Source: Flectonema sp. DT1601 | Taxonomy: Eukaryota | DNA: 64,000 bases | Direction of reading: 5' to 3' | Assembly: GCA_964019425.1 (NCBI GenBank) | Contig: OZ025794.1 | Span: 372,001-436,000, forward strand | Shown here: positions 48,466-61,700 of the stretch, in pieces | How the letters are laid out: every line of letters begins with the position of its first letter | Numbering within the stretch: the stretch's first letter is position 1 | The notes under the pieces: model-generated | Seen by the model: only the letters and a program-made list of their open reading frames with translations | What the model was told of the DNA's origin: nothing | Databases searched by the model: none | Program-made: the position numbers and the translations under genes

Positions 48466-50942
48466 TATTATAGTCGAATATGTTTTTTTTTTTTTTTTTT
48501 TTTTTTTTTGACTCTAACAGCCAATCCTGTGCAATTCGTCTTATCATTATTGTTATTATTTTTTTAAAAGTTTCTTCTCTCTTTTTTTTCGAAAAAAAGT
48601 CGGTTGGAAAATTCTGAAAATGACAAAAAAAAAAGGTAATTTTCTCTCCTACCCGTAAAACAAAATCTTTAAAGCGACGTTCAAGAGTAGTATTTTTGTT
48701 TGTATGTTACTAGTACAATATGACACCTTTTCTTGTCGAATCCAGCTTTAGATTTTATTGTTTATCTCACTCAAGCCAAATAATATATTTATGCGAATTC
48801 TTTTTTTTTTTTTTTTTTTTTTTTTTGTATAAGACAACGTACTGGTTGAAGTTTAACGTTTTTATTTTTTTTTAAATTCTTTTTATACATAAGCATTCTA
48901 CGAATAAGGCTACAGCCTTCTGATTACCCTGCGAGGTAAGACAACAGAAAGATCTGACTGGCCCTTTACGTCTTATAAAAGTGTATTGTTTCGTACCTCA
49001 GCTATTTTTTTTCCTTCCACGGAGTATTTACCTCGTGATGTTTTGACGGTCACGGTAGTGCTCACGTGGTCTTCGGCAGTATTTTATATTACAATCGTGT
49101 GCTACGCTGTCGCTGATGAGTTTTTTTCAGAGTGTAAGACCTCAAAAAAAAAGAAAGTCCTCCCGTTTCTTTTTTGTGTTGTCTAAGAAATCAATTACTT
49201 TTTGCGAGAGCCCAATCCCCGTTCAGAAGCCTTTTTTTTTTTCGCCCCCTTTTTTTTCCCTTCTTTTTTTAAATTTTTAGTAAACCCAAAAGGGAAAGTC
49301 GATATGCTGGCTTCTGTAGTCCTTAATCTCGTTTTACAGAAGATGGGATTCTTGCGGCACTGTCTAACAGTGTTCTTGCGAGGGTATTTTTTCCTTTTTT
49401 TTATTTTATTCTCATTTTTTTTCACTCCTTCGGGAAGTTAAGCTAAAAAAAAAAAGAAATACATTAAAACTAAGTTTAATGAGCATCTCAACACTACTAC
49501 GACAACTATGAGCGGGTAGAACCGAAGAAGTGGTTCGACCACAAAGTACTCCGACTCAAAATACTCTTTCAACTTATTCTTCAAAGAGCATCAAACCATA
49601 GAACCCGATAATAATGAAATGGTTATCATCATCTGCAACATGCTGCCGCTTTCATCTTGAACAAAATACATGAATGTCACACTTCTTTGTAGCCCTTTTG
49701 AAATAAAGTCCCTGCTGTTATACGAAACAGCAGAACAATTTATTTAATGTTTTCACTATCTTATTTTTTCAAATGCATTTTTTTTTAATAATGTCATACA
49801 CTACTACTACATTGTTGTCCTACGAATTTTTGATTTTGGTTTTTTTTTTTTTTGATTGACTGATAATTATTAATACTAACTACAACGGGGTATGGCTCGA
49901 CTGTTTTTTCCGATTTTTTTTTTGTTGTGCTGTTGTTGTACTTTATGAGTGTAACCTGCGAAATTGTTATCGACTAAACAAACACTGCGGTAGCATTTTT
50001 CTGATATCACTCTTATATTGTTGTTTTCTTTTTTAATTTTGTTTTTTTCCTCAGGAAAAAAACAAAAAAAAAAAAACGTATTTGAAGAAAAATCAAGTCA
50101 AATCCCCTTTTGCGAATTTTTTTCAATTTGATTTGTCGTTCTCTGATCCCCGATGAGCTAAGGGAAAAGAACAAAAAAAAAAAAAAAAAAAACAGCATTT
50201 TGCGAGTTCTTTCCCTCATTTTTTCCCTCTCGGTATTATTACGACATAAAAATAATAAAGTCCGTGCGTTACCTTAGTCCTACGAAATGGTATGTTTATG
50301 CGAGCAAGATATTTACTTTGTGTTTCCCCCCCCCGTTTTTTTCTCTCCTGGAAAATCGCTGTTGCTACTAATTCACTAAATTGAATATAGAACTTCCTCC
50401 AACTGTGTGTTTGTCACCTGTGACACGCGATTCCGAAATATTATCCCCCATGTCAACCTTTCACTTCAACCAGCTTTGGTAGTGCTGTTTGTTCTGTTGC
50501 GCGCAAGGCACGGTTCCCCCCCCTTTTTTTTTCACTTTACTAGTTTTACTATAAGTACGTACTGTCTAGGGGAGCACTACTGTTAACAGCAACCTGCTCA
50601 ATTTTCGGTGGGTTTTTTTTGTTGCTGTTTTTACACGCAAGTAAAGTACTAAAAAAAAAAATAAGAAAAAAAAAAGAAAGAAATCACTGTTTTTCTTGTA
50701 GAAAGCTTTGTTTTCACAGGTATAAGATAGTGAGCATTAGATTCGATCGTAGTCTTTCTGTACTGTGTTCATATTATTTATTTTCAATAGCCTTCCTATT
50801 CCTCTCTGTTTATTAATTCCCGCACGGAAGCGTCACAGTCGTAGTGTCGCCTTGACCTACAAATAGATTGTGATTTTTTTTTTTTTTTTTTTTTGAAAGC
50901 TAAATTTCGTTGATATTTAGTCTTTATGCGGGAATAAAGTAG

Positions 50943-50978
<36 letters not shown>

Positions 50979-52583
50979 TGCGAAGATTTTCTCCTTCGTT
51001 GGAAGGGTTTTGTTACTTTTCAGATTCATTTTTATTTCACCGTCCCTTCTATCTATTCCAACAGCATCAGCTGTTTGCTTGTTGTACTCTTGACAAAGTC
51101 TATGAGTCAAGAGCAAAGTAAAAAGCAACTGTTCACCCCTTCTGAGATGAAATTGGTCGTGTAGTGCTAACAGTATTGTTGCAAGAGGGCTTTTTTGATG
51201 TTGCGACGATTGGCTTTGTTAGCCCTCTTGAGTTGTGATGTCCTTTTCACTTTGGAGTATTGAAAAAGAAAAGAAAAAAAAAAAATAAACACACATTCGA
51301 AAAAAAGGTGTTCAGTTTGAGTCTGCGGTGGAAAATATTAATTTTCCCTTAGGTGAGGCTCGTTGCGGGTTCCTGTTTTTTTCTTCCTTTTTTGTTTCCC
51401 CTTCCCATTAGTCACCCACCATTACTTAAGTTTTTCTACAGGCCCGGGATTGATTTTTCCTGCCCTTTTTTTCCTCTTTCATGTTTTTGTGTATTTTGTT
51501 GATTTTAATACTCACAGCTACATGGGTCCTTTCCCAATATGGTCAGAGAATGACCCTAGTCTTCTCTTACTATGTGTTCTACTATGTTTTTTTAATTACT
51601 TGCATGATAATAATAAAAAAAAAAAAATAATAAATAAAAAAAAACTAATGTTGTAACATGACTAAGTGGTAGTCTTTATTGCAAGATTTTCAATCTTTTT
51701 TGTTTGTTTTGTTTTCTCTATTTTTTTTTTTCTTTAGCTTCACTACTAGTAAATGGTCATTTTTATATCTCATGGTATGTCATGTTTATTTCTTATGTTT
51801 CTATTAATACCTGCTCTCCTTGCTGTTCGTTGTGTCTGGACTCAACTTTTTTTTCTTTCTTTTTAATTATCGCCTGCCTGCTGGCATTTACCTTTAGTCT
51901 GTTTCAATGGTTATATTAGATAGTTTTTTTTTCCATAAATTTTATATCATTATAAAAAATTATGCTCAAAAAAAAAACGATTACAATTATCTTTGAAAGT
52001 TTTTATTTATTTATTTAAAAAAACTATGGAAAAGAGGAAAAAAAAAAAAAAAAAATTGCCTACTCTGCCTAGTAACAGTACAGATGTTTTGGTGTGTTTT
52101 GTCACTGTTGTTTAGTTGATCTGCGCTATTTCCCCCTTTTTTTTCTCTTCAAGCGGTAACGACCTGCAGGGCATGGGATGCTCAACCTGGTTAGTTGACT
52201 TGAAGACATGTTTCCCCCCTAGTAGTTTATGAAGCATGCGATTTTGTGTGGACGGAATCCAGTCATGACGATTCATGTCTAATTTTGTTGTGTGTTCCCC
52301 TTGATTTATTTATCCCCCCTTTTTTTCTCTTCTTTTTTTGGAGGCCAGTTGCCCAAAGATGATTTTTTTTATTTTAATCTTTCATTCAGAGATGAAAGTT
52401 GAGAACAACCAGCTTTATCTCGTTTCCCCCCACCTTTTTTTAGCTGAAGTCCGGCATAACCTAAACAATGCATTCTTTTTTTTCCCCTCCTTTATTTTTG
52501 TCCGCTTGCATGTGTGTTCCTATTGAAAATAGTCGTCAGGATTTTTTGTTTTTTTATTGGCTTCATTTCTTGATTCTACATAT

Positions 52584-52631
52584 GTGAGCTTTTTCCTGAA
52601 TTTTGACTTCCTAGGCTTCGTAAATAAATAA
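52584..52631. repeat. Repeat family R5 partial copy (3' part)
   Basis: GAGCTTTTTCCTGA...TGACTTCCTAGGCTTCGTAAATAAATAA resembles 42823-42866. Confidence 0.6.
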
Positions 52632-53158
52632 CGTTCGAAACCATATATTTTTTTAATTTGATTTGTTCTGACAAAGTTTAGTTTGATTTTTTTTTAATTT
52701 TTTTTTTTTTATTTGAATTTTTTCCCAAAGAAAAAGAAAGGCAAGTAATGTTCGAAGTGCCTTGTTATTCTTTTTTCTTGCTTCCCCCTTTTTTTTCATT
52801 GACTCCCAAAAAAAAAAAAAAAAAAAATCATCTCTCCCTCTCTGTCTGTACGACACTTGCCCCTTCCAAAAGAAAAAAAATAAGAAGTGAGCATTGCCTG
52901 CTTCTTGACCCCTTCTATTGTGCTCAGACTGTTTCTATTTATAGTATGCACATTATTACAAGCGACCGTGTTTCGGTGTTTATGAGAAGAAATACTGTCT
53001 TTGCTTATATCTTTACATAATTTTATTATTATTTTCAGGAAAGAGGAAGATACATGTTAATGATGGCTTGTTGTCTTTAGGAAAGATTGGGTATAGAGTT
53101 GTCTCTGAAACAACAACAACTTATCATCATTTAATAATCAGGTGGCAACACACTCAAC

Positions 53159-54835
53159 ATGGGGTGTAGTAGTAGTGATCTTCAACAGCCTCATAATAAA
53201 TCAACTAAAGGAGGGAGGACTAGTGGAGTAGAGGCAAATATTTATCCGACGAGAAGTAAAAAAAATAATTATGAGGAAACTGAAAAAAGTGTTGTTGTAA
53301 AAAGTCATCCGCTAGCAACTAAATTAAAGATGGAAAATGAAAATGAAAATGAAAATAACAAAGAATTAGAAATTGAAAAAACCATATCACAAGATGTGTT
53401 ACAGATGTCACCAGATGGTAGAAATAGCGACATGGAAATGTCTGATGAGGAAGTAATTGAAACAGGTGTAGTTCAGACCATTGACGAATCATCAACATAC
53501 GATATGGCAACACTAGACCTGAGTCTCGCAGCAGACACAAGTGAATGGGGGCGTTATAAATACCAAATTTCAGTTTACTCTTCTTCTGTTTCATTAAGAA
53601 ATGCTTCTACACCACTTTGGATAGTCACTCGGACTGATGCCGAACTGACTCATTGTTTTAAGAGATTACGATCAATGGACCCTTTAAAACATCCTCTACC
53701 AGAACTACCTGAAGATCCGTGGTTAAATATCAATTGGATATCAACTTCATTAATAACACAAACAGTTGGTGAGCTTCATCAAACTCGTGTATTAGCATTT
53801 CAAGGATTACTTAAAGCCGTCTTAGCAGATCCATGGCTCGTTCATCACGGTGATTTCTCACAACTCATAGGACTACCTGAGGCAACACCTTATCATTTGT
53901 CTCGTAATTACAGTATGTATTCACAGCCTGGATTCCTCCGTACAACACATTGTAGAACTAATAGTGGGTCATCGTATCAGAGAGACATACTTCATAATTG
54001 GGAAAAGGTTGGTAGACCTCTTGGTAAAGGTTGTTTCGGTACTGTATATTTAGGACAATTAGATACTGCTCAGCAAGTTGCTGTTAAAGTTATTGATTTG
54101 GCTACGATTCCAAGTAGTGAAGCTCAGCAGGCATTTGAGGCAGAGTTTGAAGTTATGCAAAAACTTAGTCATCCAAATATAGTTCAGTATTTGGGTCATA
54201 GATTTGATCCGACCGTTCAGCAGCTGCAAATCTTTTTAGAACTTTGTTCTGGTGGTACTGTTGCTGAATTAGTTCAAAAAGTAGAAGGAAAACGTCTTCG
54301 TCCATCAGTCATTCAAACATACACACGTCAAGTCCTATGCGGATTAGAATACTTACATTGTCTACCAACACCAGTTGTTCATAGAGACATAAAAGGAGCG
54401 AACCTACTTGTTACAAAGGAGGGATTTATAAAAGTAGCGGATTTTGGTTGCTCAAAAATGATTACCGACATGAAAGGTGAAGATGTCGGGATGTCAACAA
54501 TGGTAGGGACACCGTATTGGATGGCGCCTGAGGTTATAGCACCTATGAGTCGAGGAGGGAAGTATGGAACAAAATGCGACATTTGGTCCCTTGGTTGTAC
54601 AATCATAGAAATGCTTGGAGTCATTCCGTGGTCAGGAGTAGGAGAATCACCCTGGGAGATAATGTATCACATCGCAAATGCTGATTCAGCACCCCCAAAT
54701 GTTCCAGAAAATATTGATTTCCGAATGAGTAGTTTTCTGTTTGCATGTTTGGAAAGGGATCCTTCAAGCAGACCTTCTGCGAGTGACTTATCAAGTCACG
54801 AGTTTATGACTTGTCTTTCAAGTGAGTTGTTGTGA
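53159..54835 (+). CDS. STE11/MAP3K-like Ser/Thr kinase with an N-terminal MGC acylation motif and a PX-like domain
   Basis: Kinase motifs LGKGCFGTVY, VAVK, HRDIKGANLL, DFG, GTPYWMAPE and DIWSLGCT. The protein starts MGCSSS. PX-like pattern YQISV...WIVTR...L...LPELP...R...Q.LL. Confidence 0.95.
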   Translation: MGCSSSDLQQPHNKSTKGGRTSGVEANIYPTRSKKNNYEETEKSVVVKSHPLATKLKMENENENENNKELEIEKTISQDVLQMSPDGRNSDMEMSDEEVIETGVVQTIDESSTYDMATLDLSLAADTSEWGRYKYQISVYSSSVSLRNASTPLWIVTRTDAELTHCFKRLRSMDPLKHPLPELPEDPWLNINWISTSLITQTVGELHQTRVLAFQGLLKAVLADPWLVHHGDFSQLIGLPEATPYHLSRNYSMYSQPGFLRTTHCRTNSGSSYQRDILHNWEKVGRPLGKGCFGTVYLGQLDTAQQVAVKVIDLATIPSSEAQQAFEAEFEVMQKLSHPNIVQYLGHRFDPTVQQLQIFLELCSGGTVAELVQKVEGKRLRPSVIQTYTRQVLCGLEYLHCLPTPVVHRDIKGANLLVTKEGFIKVADFGCSKMITDMKGEDVGMSTMVGTPYWMAPEVIAPMSRGGKYGTKCDIWSLGCTIIEMLGVIPWSGVGESPWEIMYHIANADSAPPNVPENIDFRMSSFLFACLERDPSSRPSASDLSSHEFMTCLSSELL

Positions 54836-55380
54836 GGTTACGTCATCTAATTATGTTTTGACTATTAAAATTATTATGTCCCTTTCCAAGGAAAGTTTTT
54901 TTTTTTTTCAACAGAAAAGGAAAAAAAAAAAAAAAAAAAAAAGACTGTATTCCGTTTTCAGGTATCCTTATCCCTCCGTACTGTTTTGTCTTTGTTAATC
55001 TTCTACTTATTTTTCTCCCACTTATTTCGTATACGAGGTGTAGGAGGCCACGGTGATATGTTCCAACCAACATACTGTCGCAACTTTAATGTCTCTTTAA
55101 TAGTGTTTAAGGTTTTCAATTTTAGTGTGTTAACGATTGTATTATAAGGTAACAGGGTGTTCTTTGTACGTGTAGTTTTGTTAATTTATTTTGCGCAATT
55201 TAAGATGTGCGCTTTCTCTTACTCATGTTCTTTTTTTTTTTCCATCGGTCGCACCGTTTACATTGCTTGTCAGAGCAGACGCGTTCGCTTTAATCTGTAC
55301 TGGTATACGCGTTTTTGTATCGTTTTTTTTTTCTTTTTTTTGTTTTGTTTTATCTTTATTTACTTATTGTTATTTCTCTT

Positions 55381-55865
55381 AGGTCCGGAGCAGTTATGAC
55401 CTAAAACTGACTATCTCATCTGAGCTTCCTTTTGATTCTGTTCTTACGCATTGGTGTAGTAATTCATGTTGCCTAAATCTTGTGATAAACTCTTTTTAAA
55501 GCCTTCGGTAAGTCCCTCACAATACATACGTTTGGGACAATTAGGGCTGAACCGGGTCATTCCGGAAGGGGTTTTTTTTTTTTAAAGTTTTCTTTCGTGG
55601 TATGGCGGCATTACACACGTGTGATTATTTCATGAAGAAAAATGTCTTTTTTTTTTATACATGTGGAATAGAAAAGATATTTTTTATTTACTACTCCCAT
55701 CCCCACCCCTTTTCAAACTGTTAGTCTCTGGGCAAGGTGGACAGCTGGGAATTGATCCCTCAAGCCGAAGCAATAAAGAATCTATGATCAGGTTTTCAAC
55801 TGGTGCGGGTTGCCTAGACCTCCCGCAGTTTATCAGTTCTGGACTTAATTATTAGCAAACTGACG
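55381..55865 (+). mobile_element. Repeat family R1 copy B (diverged)
   Basis: 29 of the first 32 nt match copy A. Shared blocks include TTCGGTAAG, TTTTCTTTCGTGG, CTCTGGGCAAGGTGGA and TGCGGG..AGACC..ATCAGTT. A possible decayed TSD is TATTTCTCTT (55371-80) versus TGTTTCCCTT (55866-75). Confidence 0.7.
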
Positions 55866-56716
55866 TGTTTCCCTTTTTGTCCTTGAGTTTTTTTTTTAAA
55901 AAATTATTTTTTTTCCGACTGTAGACACGACCAGTTTTCTTAAGAGAATTGCTTTTCTGACAGCGGCTTGTGCTTCGTCCTGAGTACGACGAACACAGAT
56001 ATAATAAAGCTTGTCTTCCTGCATGAGCGAGATAAATTACTTCACGAAGTCTTTACACTAAATTGCCTTTGTCTTGGGTATTTCCTTTTTTTTTTTTTTT
56101 TTTGACACACAAATCGAATTCAGTTGGAGTCACGGCCTGTGCTGTTGAAATCAATATTTTTCACTACCCCCATGAGATAAAAACACTGTGAGGCAATCTT
56201 ATTATTGATGAACTGTTGGATTCTACGCTGCGGGATAGCCAGAGGATAACCTAATGAAGAGCGTTTTCCGAAAATGACAATGTACAAAATATTTTTGTGG
56301 GTCCGAATCCTTCAACATTCGTTGTATGACGTTGGCGATTTCAGAAATACTTGTGTTGAGACCTAACGGTTTTTATCCTAGTAATAAAAAATGTGAATGA
56401 GCCTTTTTTTTTTTTCGTCCAGCGCAAGGTGAGGGGAATTTGGTTTCATTGGTTTTGGTTTTGTTATTTTCACCTCTTCACCTTCTATGTCTTCCTTATT
56501 CTCTTCACTCTCTTAAAAAACCCCCCTTCTACATTCCCCCTCATTTGTTTATTGTTGTAGGTGTTGTAGATTAGTTGTAGTTTCCCCTACTCCCTTTCCC
56601 TATATTTGTTAATTAGAAATAAGTTTTTTTTTTTTTTTTTTTTTTTTTAATTTCTACTCTATCTGGCTTCTTAGGGAAAATTTACTAAAAATCAGAAAAG
56701 TGCAGTATATTTCACT

Positions 56717-57000
56717 CTGGGCTGAGCGTGAAGTTTTTTTTTTTCCCGAATTTAATTGCACGTATTCTGGTTAGGGTCGTTGCGCCTGGGCATGTTTTTA
56801 CAGGAGACCCATTCTTGACTTCTGAAGTGGATTTTTTTATTTGAGGGATTTCTGATAGGATTGTCCCTGTGGAGCAATGCATCAAAGCAGCCAAGGATGC
56901 AAGATGGATTATTCAAGCCCGTAGACCGCCGGAGTGTAAATTTTCCCTTCGAAGTCTCCTATCATGAAATAAAACAACGATTTTAGATGCAGAATCAGAT
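56717..57000 (+). pseudogene. Decayed fragment resembling the C-terminal half of an enoyl-CoA hydratase/crotonase
   Basis: The translation FPNLIA...VFTGDPFLTSEVDFFI*GISDRIVPVEQCIKAAKDARWIIQARRP follows the crotonase pattern LPRLIG...LTG..F.A.EA...GL.D.VVP......A...A..I....P. There is an in-frame TGA at 56842 and no N-terminal half was found. Confidence 0.5.
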
Positions 57001-58783
57001 TCAGATTTTTCGGTTATTTACTTTGTTTCTTTACCTCACAAGCGAGGTAAACACACTCGGTAAAAACCTACTCGTGAAAATCGGGATCTGATTTTCGTTA
57101 AATCAATAGTTATGTTTTACTTTACTTTATTTTATTTTTTATTTTATATTTTAGTGGCTTTTTTCCTTCGCTCTCGTTTTCAGAATTCATTGTTTAATTA
57201 AAAAAAAATCCTTATTTTTTGTCGATTGGGGTTACGGAAAACAGCCAGAGAAAAAAAAAAAAAAAAAAAGAATACCTATTTATAGAAACTTCTCTTCCTA
57301 ACCTTTTCAAGGGACGTTAACGCTTCGCTGTCACCTAAGTGAGAAGTTATTTCGTTGTTTCTGTCTCATTGTGTGGGTGTCAGCAAAAAAAAAAAAAAAA
57401 AAAAAAGCATATCCATCATGTGCACCCTATGCATATTTCTAAGAAAATAAAAAAATACTCAATATGGCCTTAGTTGACCACTATGTTTTATTTCTTCTTC
57501 CAGAGACGGTTCTTCTTCTAGCAAAACACACTGCAAAGCAGGCTGTTTATTATTATCATTTTTTATTTTATATTTGTTTGCTTGCTGTTTTTATGCATGT
57601 TTTTCGTGTCTCTCTTTAAAAAAGAAGCCACAAGTTCGCATGTATACTGTATTCCTCTTTTTAAATTTCTTTTTTAAAAAAAAGTTTTTTTTCGAAATTT
57701 TATTCAGTAAGTTCATTATCGTCAGTAGGCTTCAGAAACGATGTCGCTCATCGGGACTGTTTTGAAGGCAATCCAAGTAATCTAACGCAGCATTAGTTAA
57801 GAACTTACACCAAGTATGATTTCTCAGTTTAAGTCGGTTCGCAGGTACAAATTTCTAGATAATATTGTGATTGCTTGGGAGGTATCAACACCATCGTGAA
57901 TGTGGCTAACTTAGATAAGTTAACGTCGATTGATTGTGAAGGCGCTTTAAGGGATTTGTGAGTTTTTTTTTTCTTCTATTCCTGAGAATAACACAAAACA
58001 CGCTTCCCTTGTATCCATCATGGTCTTTCTATAAACATGTACGCAGGGATATGATAGAAACAGCAGTTGTAATGTAGAGTCTTTCACGACATTTCGTAGA
58101 GTGTTTACCTCTCTAATATTATCTCCTGCATTAACTGTGTCATAAATTACTAATTGGTTAATTGATCCTGGCCTTTGTAGGTCTTTTTTTGAGTCAACAC
58201 TTCCGTGGAAGTGTTTGACAGCATTTGATATACGATGCTTACATGCACCGTGATAGGGGAAAAAAAAAAACGAGGAAAAAAAAACAACAACAACAAAAAG
58301 CCTGTCACGGTACACTCCGATAAGCTCTGTTGTTTTGATATTATTTTGCTTTCTTATTTTTAAAAAAAAAAAAAAAGATTTTTTATTTATTTTATTTCCG
58401 TTCCCTTTTTTTTTTTTTTTTTTAAAAATCGAAACAAAGAAACAGAGAACGAAGACGAAAGAATGAGAAGAATTGAAAAAAAACAAAAAAACAAAAAAAC
58501 AAAACAAAAAAAAAGAATGAAATGAAATGAAATGCGTATTACGCTAGTTGTATATTTCTCAATCTTTATTATTCACTCATCAGTAAGAGATATTTACTTA
58601 AATTCATTTATTTATAACAAGCTACTCTCATTAATGAATTCCTCAGCTAAAAGCAATTGAAGGACGTCCGCTGCTTGTCATCAGTTAATATCGAAACACC
58701 ACTCAAATTCACTTCAGTATAAAAATAACAACAAGAATAATCATGCGGAGTTCGTAGTAGGTTATTAGTAAACAGGCTCACCG

Positions 58784-61700
58784 ATGGGACGACGGTATAG
58801 AGACAGCATGCAATTAATTAGAAAACATACGTTCAACTCATTAAAAGATATCAATGCTGTAAGACGAAAGAATCGTGAAAAAACACATCAGGAACCCGAA
58901 AAGATAGACAAAGAAAACAAGATAAAGGGAACACATTCTATTATTCAAAACATGACACAACTTCAACCGAGACCATTTTGCATCGCTTTGATACAAAGAT
59001 TATCAGGAAGGCTCTACTTAGTCGAATCATATTTTGAAAAGTATGAGACTGGAATGCCACCAGCAGAGTTCGTGTCATCTATCGTCAACATATTAAATAA
59101 CAGTGAGGCTTTAGAATCTGAAAGACTTCGAACTCAATCAAACCAATGTACTGATGGTGACGGAGATAGAATCTATTCTCGTGGTATTAAAAAACCTGTC
59201 TGTCCTCTAGCCACCGATGATGAATTATACAGCGCTATCTCTAGATGTATTCATAAACCATTAACAGATGGAAGTCAAAGACACAAACAACCAAAACACA
59301 TTAACAGACAATTCGAATGTGATATAACCATCCTAATGGATAAATGGAATGGATCGAGTCTTTCCCAACTTGGTACTGCTGACATCTTAGCTGACCCTAT
59401 CTTAGTTAAAGTCGGTTTATGGCATTTATTTAAGCAAGTTGATTGTACATCTCGCGGTTGCATCTTCTGGGACGAATTCATAGTCTACCTCCTCGACACT
59501 ATCATGAAAACTGAAAATGTCCTATACCGAGAATCGAACAGGACCCCTTTTAGGTGTGCTTTAACTAGAGTTTCACCAGCTTTTTATAGAGCAGGATTGA
59601 TTGTTCACAGTCCGACGTTGAAAGTTTATGTTGTTCTGATTAAGGGAAAGGAAGCTGCTGTAGCTTCTTCAAAAGAAAATCAAATGATGAGAATTATTGA
59701 TGACGTGACACTGTGTCAAAAACGTACTATTCCGCTAGTTGTTAACGCTGGTAAGGTGTTGTCAATTTGTGTGATTGAGCCATCAAATTTAGCGTTAAGT
59801 TATTCTGACGGATGTATTAGAATTTGTGATGCCGTTAGCGGAGTTATAAAACTTGCTGGACCTCCATATCAATGTCGATTATCAACTCCTCATAATTGTA
59901 ATGAAAGTTGTCCTAACATTGTTCGAAGTAGAGTGACATGTGCTCAAACAAAGTTAAGCTATGCGAAAACCTTGAATGGATTATTTGTTGGATCAAGAAA
60001 CGGTGATCTAAGTCTCTTAGACATTACCTTGTTAGACAAGAGTAGCATCCCTGGACAGCCTGCTATCCCTATCATGAAATGGTGTATTCAACCTCACACG
60101 TCAGTAGTTACAGATATCGCTTTCGTATCATCGGGTCATAAGTATATTGCCACTGCTAGCTTAGATTGTACTATCTGTCTTATTAATTTTGATAAGTTAA
60201 CAAGTATCAGGAAACTATTAGGTCACAATGCAGGGATTACTTGCTTAGTTCATAATCCGCAATTTAATTTTTTAATATCAGCGGGGGTTGAATACGATCC
60301 GTTGTGTTGGGCTATTAATGTTTCTAATTCAAAACCGTTTGCTTTGAGAGATGGAAGAGCTCCGCACACACAAGCGATTGTTTCTCTCATCACAATTCCA
60401 CATTCATCGTTTGTCGTGTCATTAGATAGGACGGGAATGATAAAATATTGGGATCTCAAAGCTGTTGTTTGCGTACAGACAATTCATTGCGAATACGGTT
60501 CTTTGGATCCTCCTTTTTCAAGAACAGCACCCACCTGGCGTGCCTGCGCCTACAACGAACGCTGTAAGCAACTGCTCACAACTGCAAAGAGAAAAGTCAG
60601 CGTTTTTGAAGGTATTTATTTATTTATTTTGTTTGTTTTTTATCCCTTCATCGCTTCTGGTTAATTTACGGGCTCTTCTCACCCTGTGAGTCTTCACAGT
60701 TGCAGAAGTTTGACTTTCCTGACTTCGATAAATAAAAACAAAAACAAAACAGGAAACGTACAACAGGGTAACACAGACCCAAACGTAGCTACTGACTATG
60801 ACGTTTGTGATGTGTTGTTTTTACCTGAAAGGTTTATTTTTGTAACAGCTGCTAGGAGAAGCATTCTATTTTGGTGTGGAGTCACTGGTCGTCCTCAGCA
60901 GACTTTTCGAGATTTGAGTTCGGATGATATTTCAGCGATAGCAACAACAGCATCTGGAGACCTACTTTACATTGGAACATGTGGTGGTGATATTTTATGT
61001 GTTGATGGTCACATTGGAAGGGTTCTCCGACGCTGGTCACACCCATGCGATTATCGCCTCTCAGTAATAAGAATAGTTAAAACTGGACTACTAGTTGCTG
61101 TAGCCGAAGACGGTTCTCTACAGGTATGCATACATTCATTATTATAAAAGGGAAATCATTATATCAAAACAACACAAACACAAAACAGCTACTTCAAGAC
61201 ACAGGTCAAACAATAAAAGGAGATCCCTTATTGAGAGGTAGGTGTAGAAGGATAACTGTGAGATGTGTTGCAGTAAGTCAAGAACAAAACTTATTATTCT
61301 TAGGATCAGGTGATAATGTCGTGTCTGTGTATGAGATCTCAGTAATGAATAGAAAATATATTTGCGAACACTACCCGACTAGTTCTGAAGTTCAAGCAAT
61401 CGAATGTTTGTCTCCGAATCCGTTCTTCGCATGCACAGACAGCTCAGGAGGTGTTCATATTTGGTCGGTCGCTTCTTCCGAAGCAATTCTACTACACAGA
61501 TTCGTAGCCAATCATCCCCTTAGTGAATCTTATTCTCCTTCAATTACACACTTGTCATGGTTAGGATGTAACAATTGGCTTTATGCTTCAGACTCAACCG
61601 GAATGGTTTCTGTGTACACAATAAAATTCTCAACCAATACATCACAAAGACGCACTATATTGGCTGAAGTTCTTACAGGAACGACATTCATGACTGGTTT

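Noticed and set aside
3986..58507. The many 60-190 aa ORFs in intergenic DNA rich in poly-F, poly-K or poly-L
   Set aside because: They are translations of poly(T)/poly(A) tracts, often with non-ATG starts, and have no recognisable motifs.
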